The position numbers and the translations under genes are program-made. Below the pieces are notes generated by a model. That model worked only from the letters and a program-made list of their open reading frames with translations. It searched no databases and had not been told where the DNA came from. This document shows, piece after piece, positions 8,796 to 17,797 of a stretch of DNA of 64,000 bases; position 1 is the stretch's first letter; every line of letters starts with the position of its first letter. The stretch is from Alkalispirochaeta sp. (GTDB lineage Bacteria; Spirochaetota; Spirochaetia; DSM-27196; Alkalispirochaetaceae), in contig JBKHFT010000001.1 of assembly GCA_046540055.1 (NCBI GenBank), positions 12,276 to 76,275 on the forward strand. Reading direction: 5' to 3'.

Positions 8796-9355
8796 CGCGG
8801 GCCCTCCGGAAAAAGATACCGAACGGAGCTGATGATATGCTTGTGCCCGAGGGATTCCGCCAGTTGCTCCAGATCAGCTCCTGCTGCAAGGCGCCGGCGG
8901 GCGTAGGTGTGACGGAGAACGGACGGTTTGACTTCTGTTGCAATACCCGCGGCTACACCGTAGTCGTGCAGTGTCTTCCGGATATACCGATTCAGGATGC
9001 GGGTGCCCCGGGACGTGACGAAGACGAGATCCGACGCGCACCGGGGTCGCACCGCCAACCACGCATCCAGAAATCGTGCCGCCGAAGCCGGCACCCCCAC
9101 CGTGCGACAGGAACCGTCCGATGCCTTGTGCAGCAGGATCCGCCGGTCCGTGGTCTCCCCGTGCACATCCCGCAATCGCAGCCCGCCGCGTATGGTATCG
9201 GAATCGCCCTCTTTCCCGAGGAGTTCACCCGACTTCGCGCCGGTTTCCAGCATGAGAAGGATGATCGCCATATTTCGGATGCCGACCTTCGTACCCAGGT
9301 CGGGTTGGTCCAGGAGGCGGGTGAGCTCCCCGTCAGTAAGAAATGTATCGTGCAC
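8792..9355 (-). CDS. Short tyrosine recombinase-like protein (catalytic domain only, degenerate active site)
   Basis: RNMAII..ETGAKSGEL, PSVLRHTYA, LGHKHIISSVRY; 187 aa with no N-terminal core-binding domain. Confidence 0.8.
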   Translation of the reverse strand: MHDTFLTDGELTRLLDQPDLGTKVGIRNMAIILLMLETGAKSGELLGKEGDSDTIRGGLRLRDVHGETTDRRILLHKASDGSCRTVGVPASAARFLDAWLAVRPRCASDLVFVTSRGTRILNRYIRKTLHDYGVAAGIATEVKPSVLRHTYARRRLAAGADLEQLAESLGHKHIISSVRYLFPEGPR

Positions 9356-9366
9356 CTGTTACCTCG

Positions 9367-9395
9367 AAGTACCGAAAATTAATTTTTCGGTACTT
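9367..9395. promoter_or_regulatory. Perfect 12-bp inverted repeat (operator or recombinase-site-like)
   Basis: AAGTACCGAAAA-TTAAT-TTTTCGGTACTT, ending 12 bp upstream of the recombinase start and downstream of a minus-strand TTGACA (9421-9426). Confidence 0.7.
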
Positions 9396-9752
9396 TACTT
9401 CTACCGCGATCCCGTCGTGTTGTCAACCCGTCACGACCGCCCCGGCGGTCACAACCGCGGAGCGCGGATTCCCGGTGGCCGTCTCGATCTTCCGGGATGA
9501 CATGATTCCCGTGGTGCAGCAATAGAAAAGCAACGCCGGCATCATCGGGACTGGTCATGAGGAGACCACAAGGCATCCGGTCTCGGAGCATAATATTGAA
9601 CTTACGTTCACTGGAGCGTTCGGCAGTCCGAGCGAATGCACCACACCGGCTCGCCGTGGCGGTTGCGGCGTGCCTCGACAGGACAAGGATGTCGTCAAAC
9701 GAGTTGAGCCGGGAAAAGAACCCTGCAGGACGGGTCGTTCCCTGCCGGCTTC

Positions 9753-10829
9753 TCAGTACACAAACGCAGCCGACGCGACGGCCAGACCCGCTCCTGAGGC
9801 GACGAGGACGACGGTGTCGCCGCGTTGTATGCGCCCTTCCTGTACGGCGGTGTGAAACGCCATAGGGACGCAGGCGCTGCCGGTATAGCCGTAGCGGTCC
9901 ATAATGCAGGTCGTCTTCTCTTCCGGAAGACCAAGAATCTCCATTACCTCACGGATTACCGAGCGGTTGATCTGGGTGAAGATGATGTGGTCGATGTCCC
10001 TCACCGAGCGGTCGATCTTGCCAAGCAGCTTCTCTACCACCATCGGCCACAGCTTCACGTTACGGTCACCCGGGAGGCGTTGCAGAAGTTGCAAGCCGTA
10101 ATCTTCCGCTTCCAGGCGTTCCCGGGTAGCCGGTTTGCGCGTCCCGCCGGTATACACACCGACGTAGTCCCACTGGGTGCCGTCTGCGAGGAGTTGTCCG
10201 CCAAGGTAGCGGGAGGTGTCCGGCGCGGGCCGGTGCTCAGTGGCCGTTTCGACCCCTCTCCCGGCGGTATCAGCCCGTCCTCCTGCTCCGGCGCCGTCCG
10301 CACTCTTCTCGAGCACAACCGCGGCCGCGCCGTCGGCAAAGATGGAGTAGCCGAAGGCGTCGCCGGGACGGAAGTAAGCGGGCATGTTGTACACACCGGC
10401 GACTACGGCATATTTGATTCCAGGATCGGTAGCCACCAACCGCGCAACGGCGTCCAAAGCGGCGACGAATCCGGAGCAACTCGCCCCGAGATCCCACGTC
10501 CCGGTGAATCTCTGTCCACCCTGAATCCGGCCCTGTATGAGCATGCTTGTCGCCGGCGAGATATACTCCGGCGTATCGGTCCCGACCACAAAAAAATCGA
10601 TCTCTTCCGGCTTCACCCCGGCGTCTGCGATTGCGCGGCGAACGGCGGCCTCGGCGAAGTCGGCGGTCGTCTCATCGATACCGCGAAGGTGGGCGATATG
10701 GCGCGTCTTGATACCGAGCTTTTCCTCGATCCGTGCCACATCAAAATCGACACCGGCAAGCCGTCGCACCTCATCGTTACTGATCGCCTCGCCGGGCGCA
10801 TACAAGCCGGTACCTGCAATTCGTATCAT
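9753..10829 (-). CDS. FabH/KAS III-like condensing enzyme (Cys kept, His/Asn replaced)
   Basis: GTGLYAP, DLGASCSGF, FADGAAAVV, FTQIN, YGYTGSA, ASGAG. Confidence 0.8.
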   Translation of the reverse strand: MIRIAGTGLYAPGEAISNDEVRRLAGVDFDVARIEEKLGIKTRHIAHLRGIDETTADFAEAAVRRAIADAGVKPEEIDFFVVGTDTPEYISPATSMLIQGRIQGGQRFTGTWDLGASCSGFVAALDAVARLVATDPGIKYAVVAGVYNMPAYFRPGDAFGYSIFADGAAAVVLEKSADGAGAGGRADTAGRGVETATEHRPAPDTSRYLGGQLLADGTQWDYVGVYTGGTRKPATRERLEAEDYGLQLLQRLPGDRNVKLWPMVVEKLLGKIDRSVRDIDHIIFTQINRSVIREVMEILGLPEEKTTCIMDRYGYTGSACVPMAFHTAVQEGRIQRGDTVVLVASGAGLAVASAAFVY

Positions 10830-12010
10830 ACCGTATCTCCTATTCCGTGGGCCAACAGTTCTCCGAGCTCTTCTATCAGCTTCAGCGGGTCCGTTACCCG
10901 GTCGCTGAACAGCACTTCGATGCCGAGATAGTGAGAGAGACCCATAAGAAAATTCGCCACCAACGGTCGCTGCGTTGCGGGGTAGCCGGCAAGGGTGCCG
11001 ATGTAACCGTGCTCAAAGGCGTCATAATACGCCTTCACCGCTTCCGGCACCACGAATTCCGCCTCACGTACGATGTCATAGTATTCCCGGTGATGGCCGA
11101 AGTAGGTGAGGAAGTTCCACATGCCAAGAAGCTCACGGTCAAGACGGGTGCCGTTGTCGGGAGCGTGAAGGGTAAGATAGTGCCGGGTGCGGCGACCGAT
11201 CACCTGCACAACTTCGGCGAGGAAGTGCTCTTTACTCTCAAAGCGTTTGTAAAACGTTCCTACCGAGAAGCCCGCCTCCCGCGCTATGTCGGTCACCTGT
11301 ACGTTGAAGAAGTCCTGCTTGCCCAGAAGGCGCAACCCTGCGGCAACAAACGCTTCGCCGCTGTCGGCGGGGCGCTCCCGCTGCAGTGTCCGGGATTGCG
11401 GCTTCTGCTGCGGTGCCCCGGATTGCGGCTCCTGCTGCGGTCCGCCCTCCGGCTCGGGGGGCGGCAAAGCCTCTTCCAGCCGCACCTCCCTTTGCTCGGG
11501 GAAAACGCCCTTCTCCACAATGCGCTGCAGAAGCTCGTTGTCGGTTTCGATGTCGTGGTACAGAGAGCGGGTAGCAACGAAGCGCAAACCCGATAGAGCG
11601 AAGAGGTACTCCGCCTCGCTTACGCTCCGCCCGAGTACCCGCTGCAGCGTGGTGACGTAGAGTTCCCGCAACCGTTGTTCGTACACCGGGCGGCGGTACT
11701 GGCCCTCCCGGAACATCGTGACCTGTCCCGCATAACGCCGGGCGGCACCGGTAACGGTCTCCACCAAACTCGCCAGGCGCTCTGAGCGAGTCTCCCCGCC
11801 GACGGCCTCCAGGTCCGCGCCGAAACGTGTAAGAAAGTCGTCCAGGAGGTACACAAAGAGATCATCCTTGGTACGGTAATAGCGGTAATAGACGCCGTTG
11901 GAAACTCCCGCACGGCGGCAGATCTGCGCTACGGAGACGCTCTCCAACCAGCAACTCGAGAAAAGCTCCAGCGCCGCATCCCGGATTCGCTCTACCGTCG
12001 TCGCGGCCAT
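10826..12010 (-). CDS. Tandem double-TetR transcriptional regulator
   Basis: Two TetR HTH motifs (ICRRAGVSNGVYYRYY; IAREAGFSVGTFYKRF) joined by a P/Q-rich linker. Confidence 0.85.
   Translation of the reverse strand: MAATTVERIRDAALELFSSCWLESVSVAQICRRAGVSNGVYYRYYRTKDDLFVYLLDDFLTRFGADLEAVGGETRSERLASLVETVTGAARRYAGQVTMFREGQYRRPVYEQRLRELYVTTLQRVLGRSVSEAEYLFALSGLRFVATRSLYHDIETDNELLQRIVEKGVFPEQREVRLEEALPPPEPEGGPQQEPQSGAPQQKPQSRTLQRERPADSGEAFVAAGLRLLGKQDFFNVQVTDIAREAGFSVGTFYKRFESKEHFLAEVVQVIGRRTRHYLTLHAPDNGTRLDRELLGMWNFLTYFGHHREYYDIVREAEFVVPEAVKAYYDAFEHGYIGTLAGYPATQRPLVANFLMGLSHYLGIEVLFSDRVTDPLKLIEELGELLAHGIGDTV
11393..11441. repeat. 27-bp-period duplication in the TetR linker
   Basis: GGATTGCGGCT(T/C)CTGCTGCGGT twice, encoding PQQEPQS/PQQKPQS. 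Confidence 0.7.
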
Positions 12011-12018
12011 ACCATTCC

Positions 12019-13224
12019 TCAGAGCCGCTCAATTATGAGGGCGGTTCCCATACCTCCGCCGATGCACAGCGAGGCCAGACCGTACCGCGATCCGCGCCGC
12101 ATCATTTCATGGAGCAGGGTAACCGTGATGCGGTTGCCCGATGCGCCGATCGGATGCCCCAGAGCGATCGCACCTCCGTTCACATTACATCGTTCCCGAA
12201 TAGCCGTTTCGTCAAGGTCGTGCTCGTCGGCAAGCTCCCGGATCACGCCGAGGGCCTGAGCGGCAAACGCTTCGTTCAGTTCGATCAGTTCCATCTGCGA
12301 AAGGGTCATACCCGCCTCTGTGAGGGCGGCGCGAATCGCCGGCACCGGACCAAGCCCCATGTAAGCCGGGTCAACCCCGGCCTGTCCATCTGCAACGATC
12401 CGCGCCCGCGGGGTGAGCCCGTAGCGTTTGACGGCGTCCTCGGAGGCGAGAATGACCGCGGAGGCGCCGTCGTTAATGCCCGATGCGTTGCCGGCGGTCA
12501 CCGTTCCTCCTTCTGCAAAGGCGGGACGCAGTCTCGCAAGTCCCTCCACCGTCGCCTCCGGCCGCGGATGCTCGTCGGTGACGATCTCTGTCTCCGCCTT
12601 GCGCTGCCGGACCTTCACCGGCGCGATCTCCGCAGCAAAGCGCCCCGCCTCAATGGCGGCTCCCGCCTTGAGCTGACTCTCTACGGCAAATGCATCCTGC
12701 GCCTCGCGGCTGATCGTGTACTTCCCGGCGATGTTTTCGGCGGTTACGCCCATATGATAGTTATTGAACACGTCGGTCAGACCGTCAAGAATCATGTGGT
12801 CGACGAGCTCCAGGGAGCCCATTTTGGCGCCAAAACGCACCCTGTACGGGGCCAGGTACGGCGCCTGGGACATATTCTCCGTCCCCGCGGCAACCACCAC
12901 ATCCGAGCGGCCAAGGCGTATTCGATCGGCACCCTGCATGATCGCTTTCATGCCGCTCCCGCAGAGCATGTTCGTCGCGTAAGCCGGGGTTTCCGCGGGG
13001 ATACCGGCCCCGATCGACACTTGCCGCGCCGGCCCCATACCAACGCCGGCGCTGAGAATGATACCGAGAATGAGCTCATCCACCCCTTCGGGAGCGAGGC
13101 CCGCGTGTTCCAGTGCCGCCGTAACGACCGTTGAGCCGAGTTCAGTCGCGGAGGTGTCGGTAAAACTCCCACCAAAGGTCCCGATCGCGGTTCGTTGCGC
13201 TGCACAGATATATACGTCCTTCAT
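12019..13224 (-). CDS. Acetyl-CoA C-acetyltransferase (thiolase)
   Basis: NMLCGSG, NEAFAAQ, GHPIGASG, CIGGGMG. Confidence 0.95.
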   Translation of the reverse strand: MKDVYICAAQRTAIGTFGGSFTDTSATELGSTVVTAALEHAGLAPEGVDELILGIILSAGVGMGPARQVSIGAGIPAETPAYATNMLCGSGMKAIMQGADRIRLGRSDVVVAAGTENMSQAPYLAPYRVRFGAKMGSLELVDHMILDGLTDVFNNYHMGVTAENIAGKYTISREAQDAFAVESQLKAGAAIEAGRFAAEIAPVKVRQRKAETEIVTDEHPRPEATVEGLARLRPAFAEGGTVTAGNASGINDGASAVILASEDAVKRYGLTPRARIVADGQAGVDPAYMGLGPVPAIRAALTEAGMTLSQMELIELNEAFAAQALGVIRELADEHDLDETAIRERCNVNGGAIALGHPIGASGNRITVTLLHEMMRRGSRYGLASLCIGGGMGTALIIERL

Positions 13225-13237
13225 CGTTGCCTCCTCC

Positions 13238-14557
13238 TCAGAAGTAGCCGAGCTGCTCGGCTTCCCGGGTCAGGGCCGCACGGTGGTCCGGATGGGCCAC
13301 GGAGATAAGTGCCCTGGCGCGCTCCGCCACGGTGCGCCCCAACAGGTGCACCGCGCCGTACTCGGTGACAACCCAGTCGATATCCTGGCGAGGCACCGTG
13401 ACCGCGCTCCCCTGGGCGAGCATGCCGGTGATCGTCGAGATCGTACCCTTCCTGGCGGTAGAGCGAAGTGCGATGATTCCTTTGCCACCCCTCGCCATCG
13501 ATGCGCCCCGGTGGGTGTCAAGCTGCCCACCCGTGCCGGAGTACTGCACGGGACCAAGGGACTCGCTGCACACCTGCCCCGAAAGATCGACGCTCAGGGC
13601 GGTGTTGATGCTGATCATGTTGTCGTTCCGGGCGATCACGTAGGGGTCGTTGACGTAGCTTCCGCGGAGTTCAAGAACCGCCGGATTGTCGTGCAGCCAC
13701 TCGTACATCTTTGAGCTTCCGAGGGCGAAGGTGAAGACAAACTTGCCCGGCCACAGGCTCTTTCTCTTGTTGGTAATAGCACCCGCCTCAAAGAGGGGAA
13801 TCATGCTTTCGGTAAACATCTCGGTGTGAATGCCCAGGTCTTTCTTGTGTCCGAGCAGAGCAGCGACGCCGTTGGGTATGCCGCCGATTCCGATCTGCAG
13901 CGTCGCTCCGTCCGGAACCAGAGCGGCGATATGCCCGGCGATCTCCTGCTCCACCGTGCCCGGCTCCGGATTGGGAATCTCCGGCAGCGGGGTGGTGTAT
14001 TCCACGATCATATCCACGTCCTGCAGATGAACGTTGGTGTCGCCGTGAATCCAGGGAACATTCCGGTTCACCTCCAGAACGACCACGTCCGCCGCCTCGA
14101 TCGCCTCCTTTTCGTATACGTTGGAAAGACCGAGGTTGAAGAATCCGGTGCGTTCGCTCATCGGCGTCGCCGGTCCCCAGAAGACGATCGGAACCCCCTC
14201 TTCCCGGAGCGCGGTGATCTTGCGCGAGCCCGCCTGGTGGAGGTTGTTGGGGATGTATTCCACCAGCTTGTAGCCCGCCTTGGCGGCCGAGCGGTTTGAA
14301 GGACCGTAGAACCAGTTCTCGTTGACGAAGGTTCCCTCATACTGCGGGTCCTCACAGAACTCGTAGGAGTTGAGATTGAGGCAGGATAGGATCCGGAGAT
14401 GCTCAAACCGGTCCGCAAAGCGGTGGACCTCCCCCATAAACCCCCGGGTTTCCATGGAGGCCATCCCCACGATCACCGCCGCACGCCCGGGGAGCGCGGC
14501 GATCGCCTCTTCAATACTCCTCGCCTTCTTGTTGTAGCTTGCACTCCACGTACTCAT
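13238..14557 (-). CDS. Acetyl-CoA hydrolase/4-hydroxybutyrate-type CoA-transferase
   Basis: LQIGIGGIP, LGIHTEM, SGTGGQLD, VVTEYG. Confidence 0.9.
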   Translation of the reverse strand: MSTWSASYNKKARSIEEAIAALPGRAAVIVGMASMETRGFMGEVHRFADRFEHLRILSCLNLNSYEFCEDPQYEGTFVNENWFYGPSNRSAAKAGYKLVEYIPNNLHQAGSRKITALREEGVPIVFWGPATPMSERTGFFNLGLSNVYEKEAIEAADVVVLEVNRNVPWIHGDTNVHLQDVDMIVEYTTPLPEIPNPEPGTVEQEIAGHIAALVPDGATLQIGIGGIPNGVAALLGHKKDLGIHTEMFTESMIPLFEAGAITNKRKSLWPGKFVFTFALGSSKMYEWLHDNPAVLELRGSYVNDPYVIARNDNMISINTALSVDLSGQVCSESLGPVQYSGTGGQLDTHRGASMARGGKGIIALRSTARKGTISTITGMLAQGSAVTVPRQDIDWVVTEYGAVHLLGRTVAERARALISVAHPDHRAALTREAEQLGYF

Positions 14558-14570
14558 ACCGCCTCCCGCT

Positions 14571-15308
14571 TCAGAACACCAGACCGCCGTCTACCCTGAG
14601 AACCTGGCCGGTGACAAAACTCGCCGCATCGCTTGCCAGAAACGTCGCGGCATTCGCAATGTCCCCGGGTTCACCCATGCGCCCCAGAGGCGTCCTGGAG
14701 ACCATCAGATCCAGCACCTTCTGCGGAACCGTTTCGGTCATGGGGGTTCGAATGAACCCGGGGGCGATCGCATTGACACGGATCTGCGCCCCTTTGCGGG
14801 CAAACTCCTTTGCCCAGGTTTTGGTCATCGATATCACGCCCCCCTTTGTGGCGGCGTAATTGGACTGACCGATATTGCCGTCGATACCGACAACGCTGGA
14901 CATGCTGATAATCACCCCGGCGTCGGCCTCAAGCATCGTCGGGAGCACCGCGCGAGTCACGACAAAGACGCCCTTGAGGTTTACACCTATTACCGCGTCC
15001 CAGTCGTCGTCACTCATCTTCTGGACAAGCCCGTCCCTCGTTATCCCGGCGTTATTGACCAGGACGTCCAGTCCACCCTCGGTATCCACGATGCGGGCGA
15101 CCGCGGCTTCCGCGCTCTCCCGACTGGTAACATCAAGGTCGATTCGTCTAACCGACGGATACTCCTTCTCAACCTCGTCAAATCCGTCAAAGCCAAGATC
15201 TCCGGCGTAGACGGCTCGGGCACCGGCAGCAGCGTATGCCTCAATGATCGCCCGTCCAATGCCGCGAGCTCCGCCGGTTACCAGGCAGATTTTTCCTTCC
15301 AGATTCAT
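14571..15308 (-). CDS. 3-oxoacyl-ACP/acetoacetyl-CoA reductase (SDR)
   Basis: TGGARGIG, NNAGITRD, YAATK, VNAIAPGFI. Confidence 0.9.
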   Translation of the reverse strand: MNLEGKICLVTGGARGIGRAIIEAYAAAGARAVYAGDLGFDGFDEVEKEYPSVRRIDLDVTSRESAEAAVARIVDTEGGLDVLVNNAGITRDGLVQKMSDDDWDAVIGVNLKGVFVVTRAVLPTMLEADAGVIISMSSVVGIDGNIGQSNYAATKGGVISMTKTWAKEFARKGAQIRVNAIAPGFIRTPMTETVPQKVLDLMVSRTPLGRMGEPGDIANAATFLASDAASFVTGQVLRVDGGLVF

Positions 15309-16345
15309 GCTTTGCTCCTTACCTGTTCAGTTCTTTTGTTCTTACGACCCCACCGGATTACCGCGGAGGCCCATACAAATCCGATCCCGGCCCCGACCAT
15401 CACGATAATGTCGCCGTCGGAAATCCTGCCGGATCGCAGCCCCTCTTCAAGGGAGATGATCTGGTCGTTCTGACCGATGTGTCCGTATTGATCCAGGTAG
15501 GTTGTCTGCTCGTCGGAGAGACCAAGTTCCTCAAGCACCAGATGGTGGGTACTCCGTTTGAAGTGAAGAATCGCCAGATAGTCGATTTCCGCCTCGCTCA
15601 GCCCCGATTTGTGCAGTGCCTCTCGTATCACGTGGTAGAAGTTCGGCAGCGTCCGTGCGCCAAGTTTCTTCTTGAAGCTCTCGACATCACGGATCACGAA
15701 GTGCATCCGCTCCACATCCGGCGGTTCCATCGGCCATTTCGCGGCTCCGCCCACCTCGACAACGCAGTCCTCCGAAAACGAGCCGTCCCCCCGAAACGCG
15801 GTACCAAGGATCTCGTTCTCTTCGTGCCCTCGCCGCAGCAGTAATGCAGCTCCGCCGGCGCCGAGGTCGTACATAAAGGAGGTCTCCGGCACGTTGAAAT
15901 CGATCATGTCGCCGTTGCGGTAGCCGCTGGCAAGGAGGACCGTTTTGTACTGTTCGTTTGCGACCATCAGAGAACGCGCCACTTCGATGCCGGCCATCAT
16001 GGAGCCGCACATCGCCTCCATATCAAAGGACCAGGCGTTCTCCGCCCCCAGCTCGTGAGCGATCTTCAGACCTGCAAGCCAGTTCAGATAGTCCTTGTGC
16101 TGTCCACCGTTATAGATAAGGACGTCGATTTCCCGCGGATCGATCCCGGCCATCTCGATCGCCCGGCGGGAGGCTGCGATGGCCATAGCGCTGGTGGTAT
16201 CGTCCGGACCGGGAATCGGCTTCGACTGGACGCCGAATTTTTCCCGAATCACGTGTTCGGGAATACCCGACCGTTCCGCGATTTCCGCAGCATCCATCCG
16301 CGTCTCCGGGGTGTAGGTTCCATGGCCGATAATCCCAACCGTCAT
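15305..16345 (-). CDS. FabH-like condensing enzyme, Cys-His-His type
   Basis: MEAMCGS, LAILHFK, YGHIGQND, GAGIGF; SD GAGGAG before ATG 16345. Confidence 0.8.
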   Translation of the reverse strand: MTVGIIGHGTYTPETRMDAAEIAERSGIPEHVIREKFGVQSKPIPGPDDTTSAMAIAASRRAIEMAGIDPREIDVLIYNGGQHKDYLNWLAGLKIAHELGAENAWSFDMEAMCGSMMAGIEVARSLMVANEQYKTVLLASGYRNGDMIDFNVPETSFMYDLGAGGAALLLRRGHEENEILGTAFRGDGSFSEDCVVEVGGAAKWPMEPPDVERMHFVIRDVESFKKKLGARTLPNFYHVIREALHKSGLSEAEIDYLAILHFKRSTHHLVLEELGLSDEQTTYLDQYGHIGQNDQIISLEEGLRSGRISDGDIIVMVGAGIGFVWASAVIRWGRKNKRTEQVRSKA

Positions 16346-16376
16346 GCTACCGTCTCTCCTCTCCATTCGCTCTTCC

Positions 16377-17081
16377 CTACAGCCCCAGGTAGGAGCGCTC
16401 GATTTCCGGGTTATTGGCGAGCTCGTCGGCGCTGCCGGAGAGGACGATACTGCCGTTCTCAAGGACGTACCCGCGGTCGACGATCCGAAGGCTCTCCCGC
16501 ACGTTCTGTTCCGTCAGCAGAATTGTTACGCCCCCTTTCATCTCGCTGAGAACTGTAAACAGGCCATGGACGATGGAAGGCTGGAGGCCCAGAGAGGGCT
16601 CATCAAGAATCAGCAGGCGAGGCCGCGCCATGAGGGCGCGCCCCACCGCAAGCATACGCTGCTGGCCGCCACTCAAGGTACCGGCAAGCTGCTTTTCCCG
16701 CTCCTCGAGGATCGGAAAGTGAGAAAACACCTCCTGCAAGCTCTCATCCATCTTTTCGCGGGCGTGCTCGATCTGCTCCGCTCCGACGACGAGGTTTTCC
16801 ATCACCGTCATGAGGGGAAAGAGCTCCCGCTCCTGCGGCACCAGGGCGATACCGCCACGCACGATCTCGTGAGTAGGGCGGTTATGGATCTCCTGCCCTT
16901 CAAACGTGATCGACCCGCTGTCTACCCGGTTCATCCCCAGAACGGCGTTGATCAGGGTCGTCTTGCCCGCGCCGTTCGGTCCGAACAGCCCGATCACCCC
17001 GTGATCGACCTCCAGACTCAAATCATTGAGTACGTTGATCCGACCGTAGCCACTCTTCACGTTCCGTATCGACAGCATCAC
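16377..17081 (-). CDS. LIV-type ABC transporter ATPase (LivF-like)
   Basis: GPNGAGKT, LSGGQQRM, LDEPSLGL. Confidence 0.9.
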   Translation of the reverse strand: MMLSIRNVKSGYGRINVLNDLSLEVDHGVIGLFGPNGAGKTTLINAVLGMNRVDSGSITFEGQEIHNRPTHEIVRGGIALVPQERELFPLMTVMENLVVGAEQIEHAREKMDESLQEVFSHFPILEEREKQLAGTLSGGQQRMLAVGRALMARPRLLILDEPSLGLQPSIVHGLFTVLSEMKGGVTILLTEQNVRESLRIVDRGYVLENGSIVLSGSADELANNPEIERSYLGL

Positions 17082-17797
17082 GCGCCCCCTCCCAGATAGG
17101 CGGATATCACTCGCTCGTCTTTGGAGACTTCCGCGTAGGGCCCGGCGGCAATAACGGCTCCCGCATCGAGCACAACAACTCGCTCGGTGAGCTCCTTGAT
17201 GACACCCATAACGTGCTCCACGACACCGATTCCAAGATTCTTCTCCGACGCGATGTTGCGAACGGTACGGATAACGTCCATCGTTTCGTCGCTGTTGAGC
17301 CCCGCCATCACCTCGTCAAGGAACACCACCGAGGGTCCCCCCGCAAGGGCCTTGGCAATTTCCATCTTCTTGGTTTCCAGAATGTTGAGTTCCCCGGTAG
17401 AACGGTCCAGCCCGGTAAGCCCAAGAGACCGACAGAGTGAGCGAGCTTCCTCACGGGCGCGCCGGAGCGTATGCCTTTGGGCAAAGAGAAAGCCGGTCAT
17501 AACATTTTCCACCAGACTGAGATCCTCCAGGGGGTGAATCAGCTGAAAGGTACGACCGATACCCAGAGCGGCGCGGCGGTGCGCGGGTACGCGTGATATA
17601 TCCTCACCGTTAAAGAGGATCTCCCCCTCGGACGGCGGATAGATACCTGCAAGCAGATTGATCAGCGTCGTTTTTCCGGCGCCGTTGGGACCGATGATCC
17701 CGACGATCTCTCCCGGCCGCAAGCTGAAATCCACGCTGTTTACCGCGATAAGACCGCCAAACCGGCGGGTGAGGTTTCGCGTTTCGAGACCGGTCAT
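17078..17797 (-). CDS. LIV-type ABC transporter ATPase (LivG-like)
   Basis: FGGLIAV, GPNGAGKT, RTFQ, LDEVMAGL, VEH. Confidence 0.9.
   Translation of the reverse strand: MTGLETRNLTRRFGGLIAVNSVDFSLRPGEIVGIIGPNGAGKTTLINLLAGIYPPSEGEILFNGEDISRVPAHRRAALGIGRTFQLIHPLEDLSLVENVMTGFLFAQRHTLRRAREEARSLCRSLGLTGLDRSTGELNILETKKMEIAKALAGGPSVVFLDEVMAGLNSDETMDVIRTVRNIASEKNLGIGVVEHVMGVIKELTERVVVLDAGAVIAAGPYAEVSKDERVISAYLGGGA

Noticed and set aside
5813-9400. Prophage or integrative element (integrase + ParA)
   Set aside because: No phage, replication or conjugation genes, no flanking att repeats seen, and the recombinase active site is degenerate.
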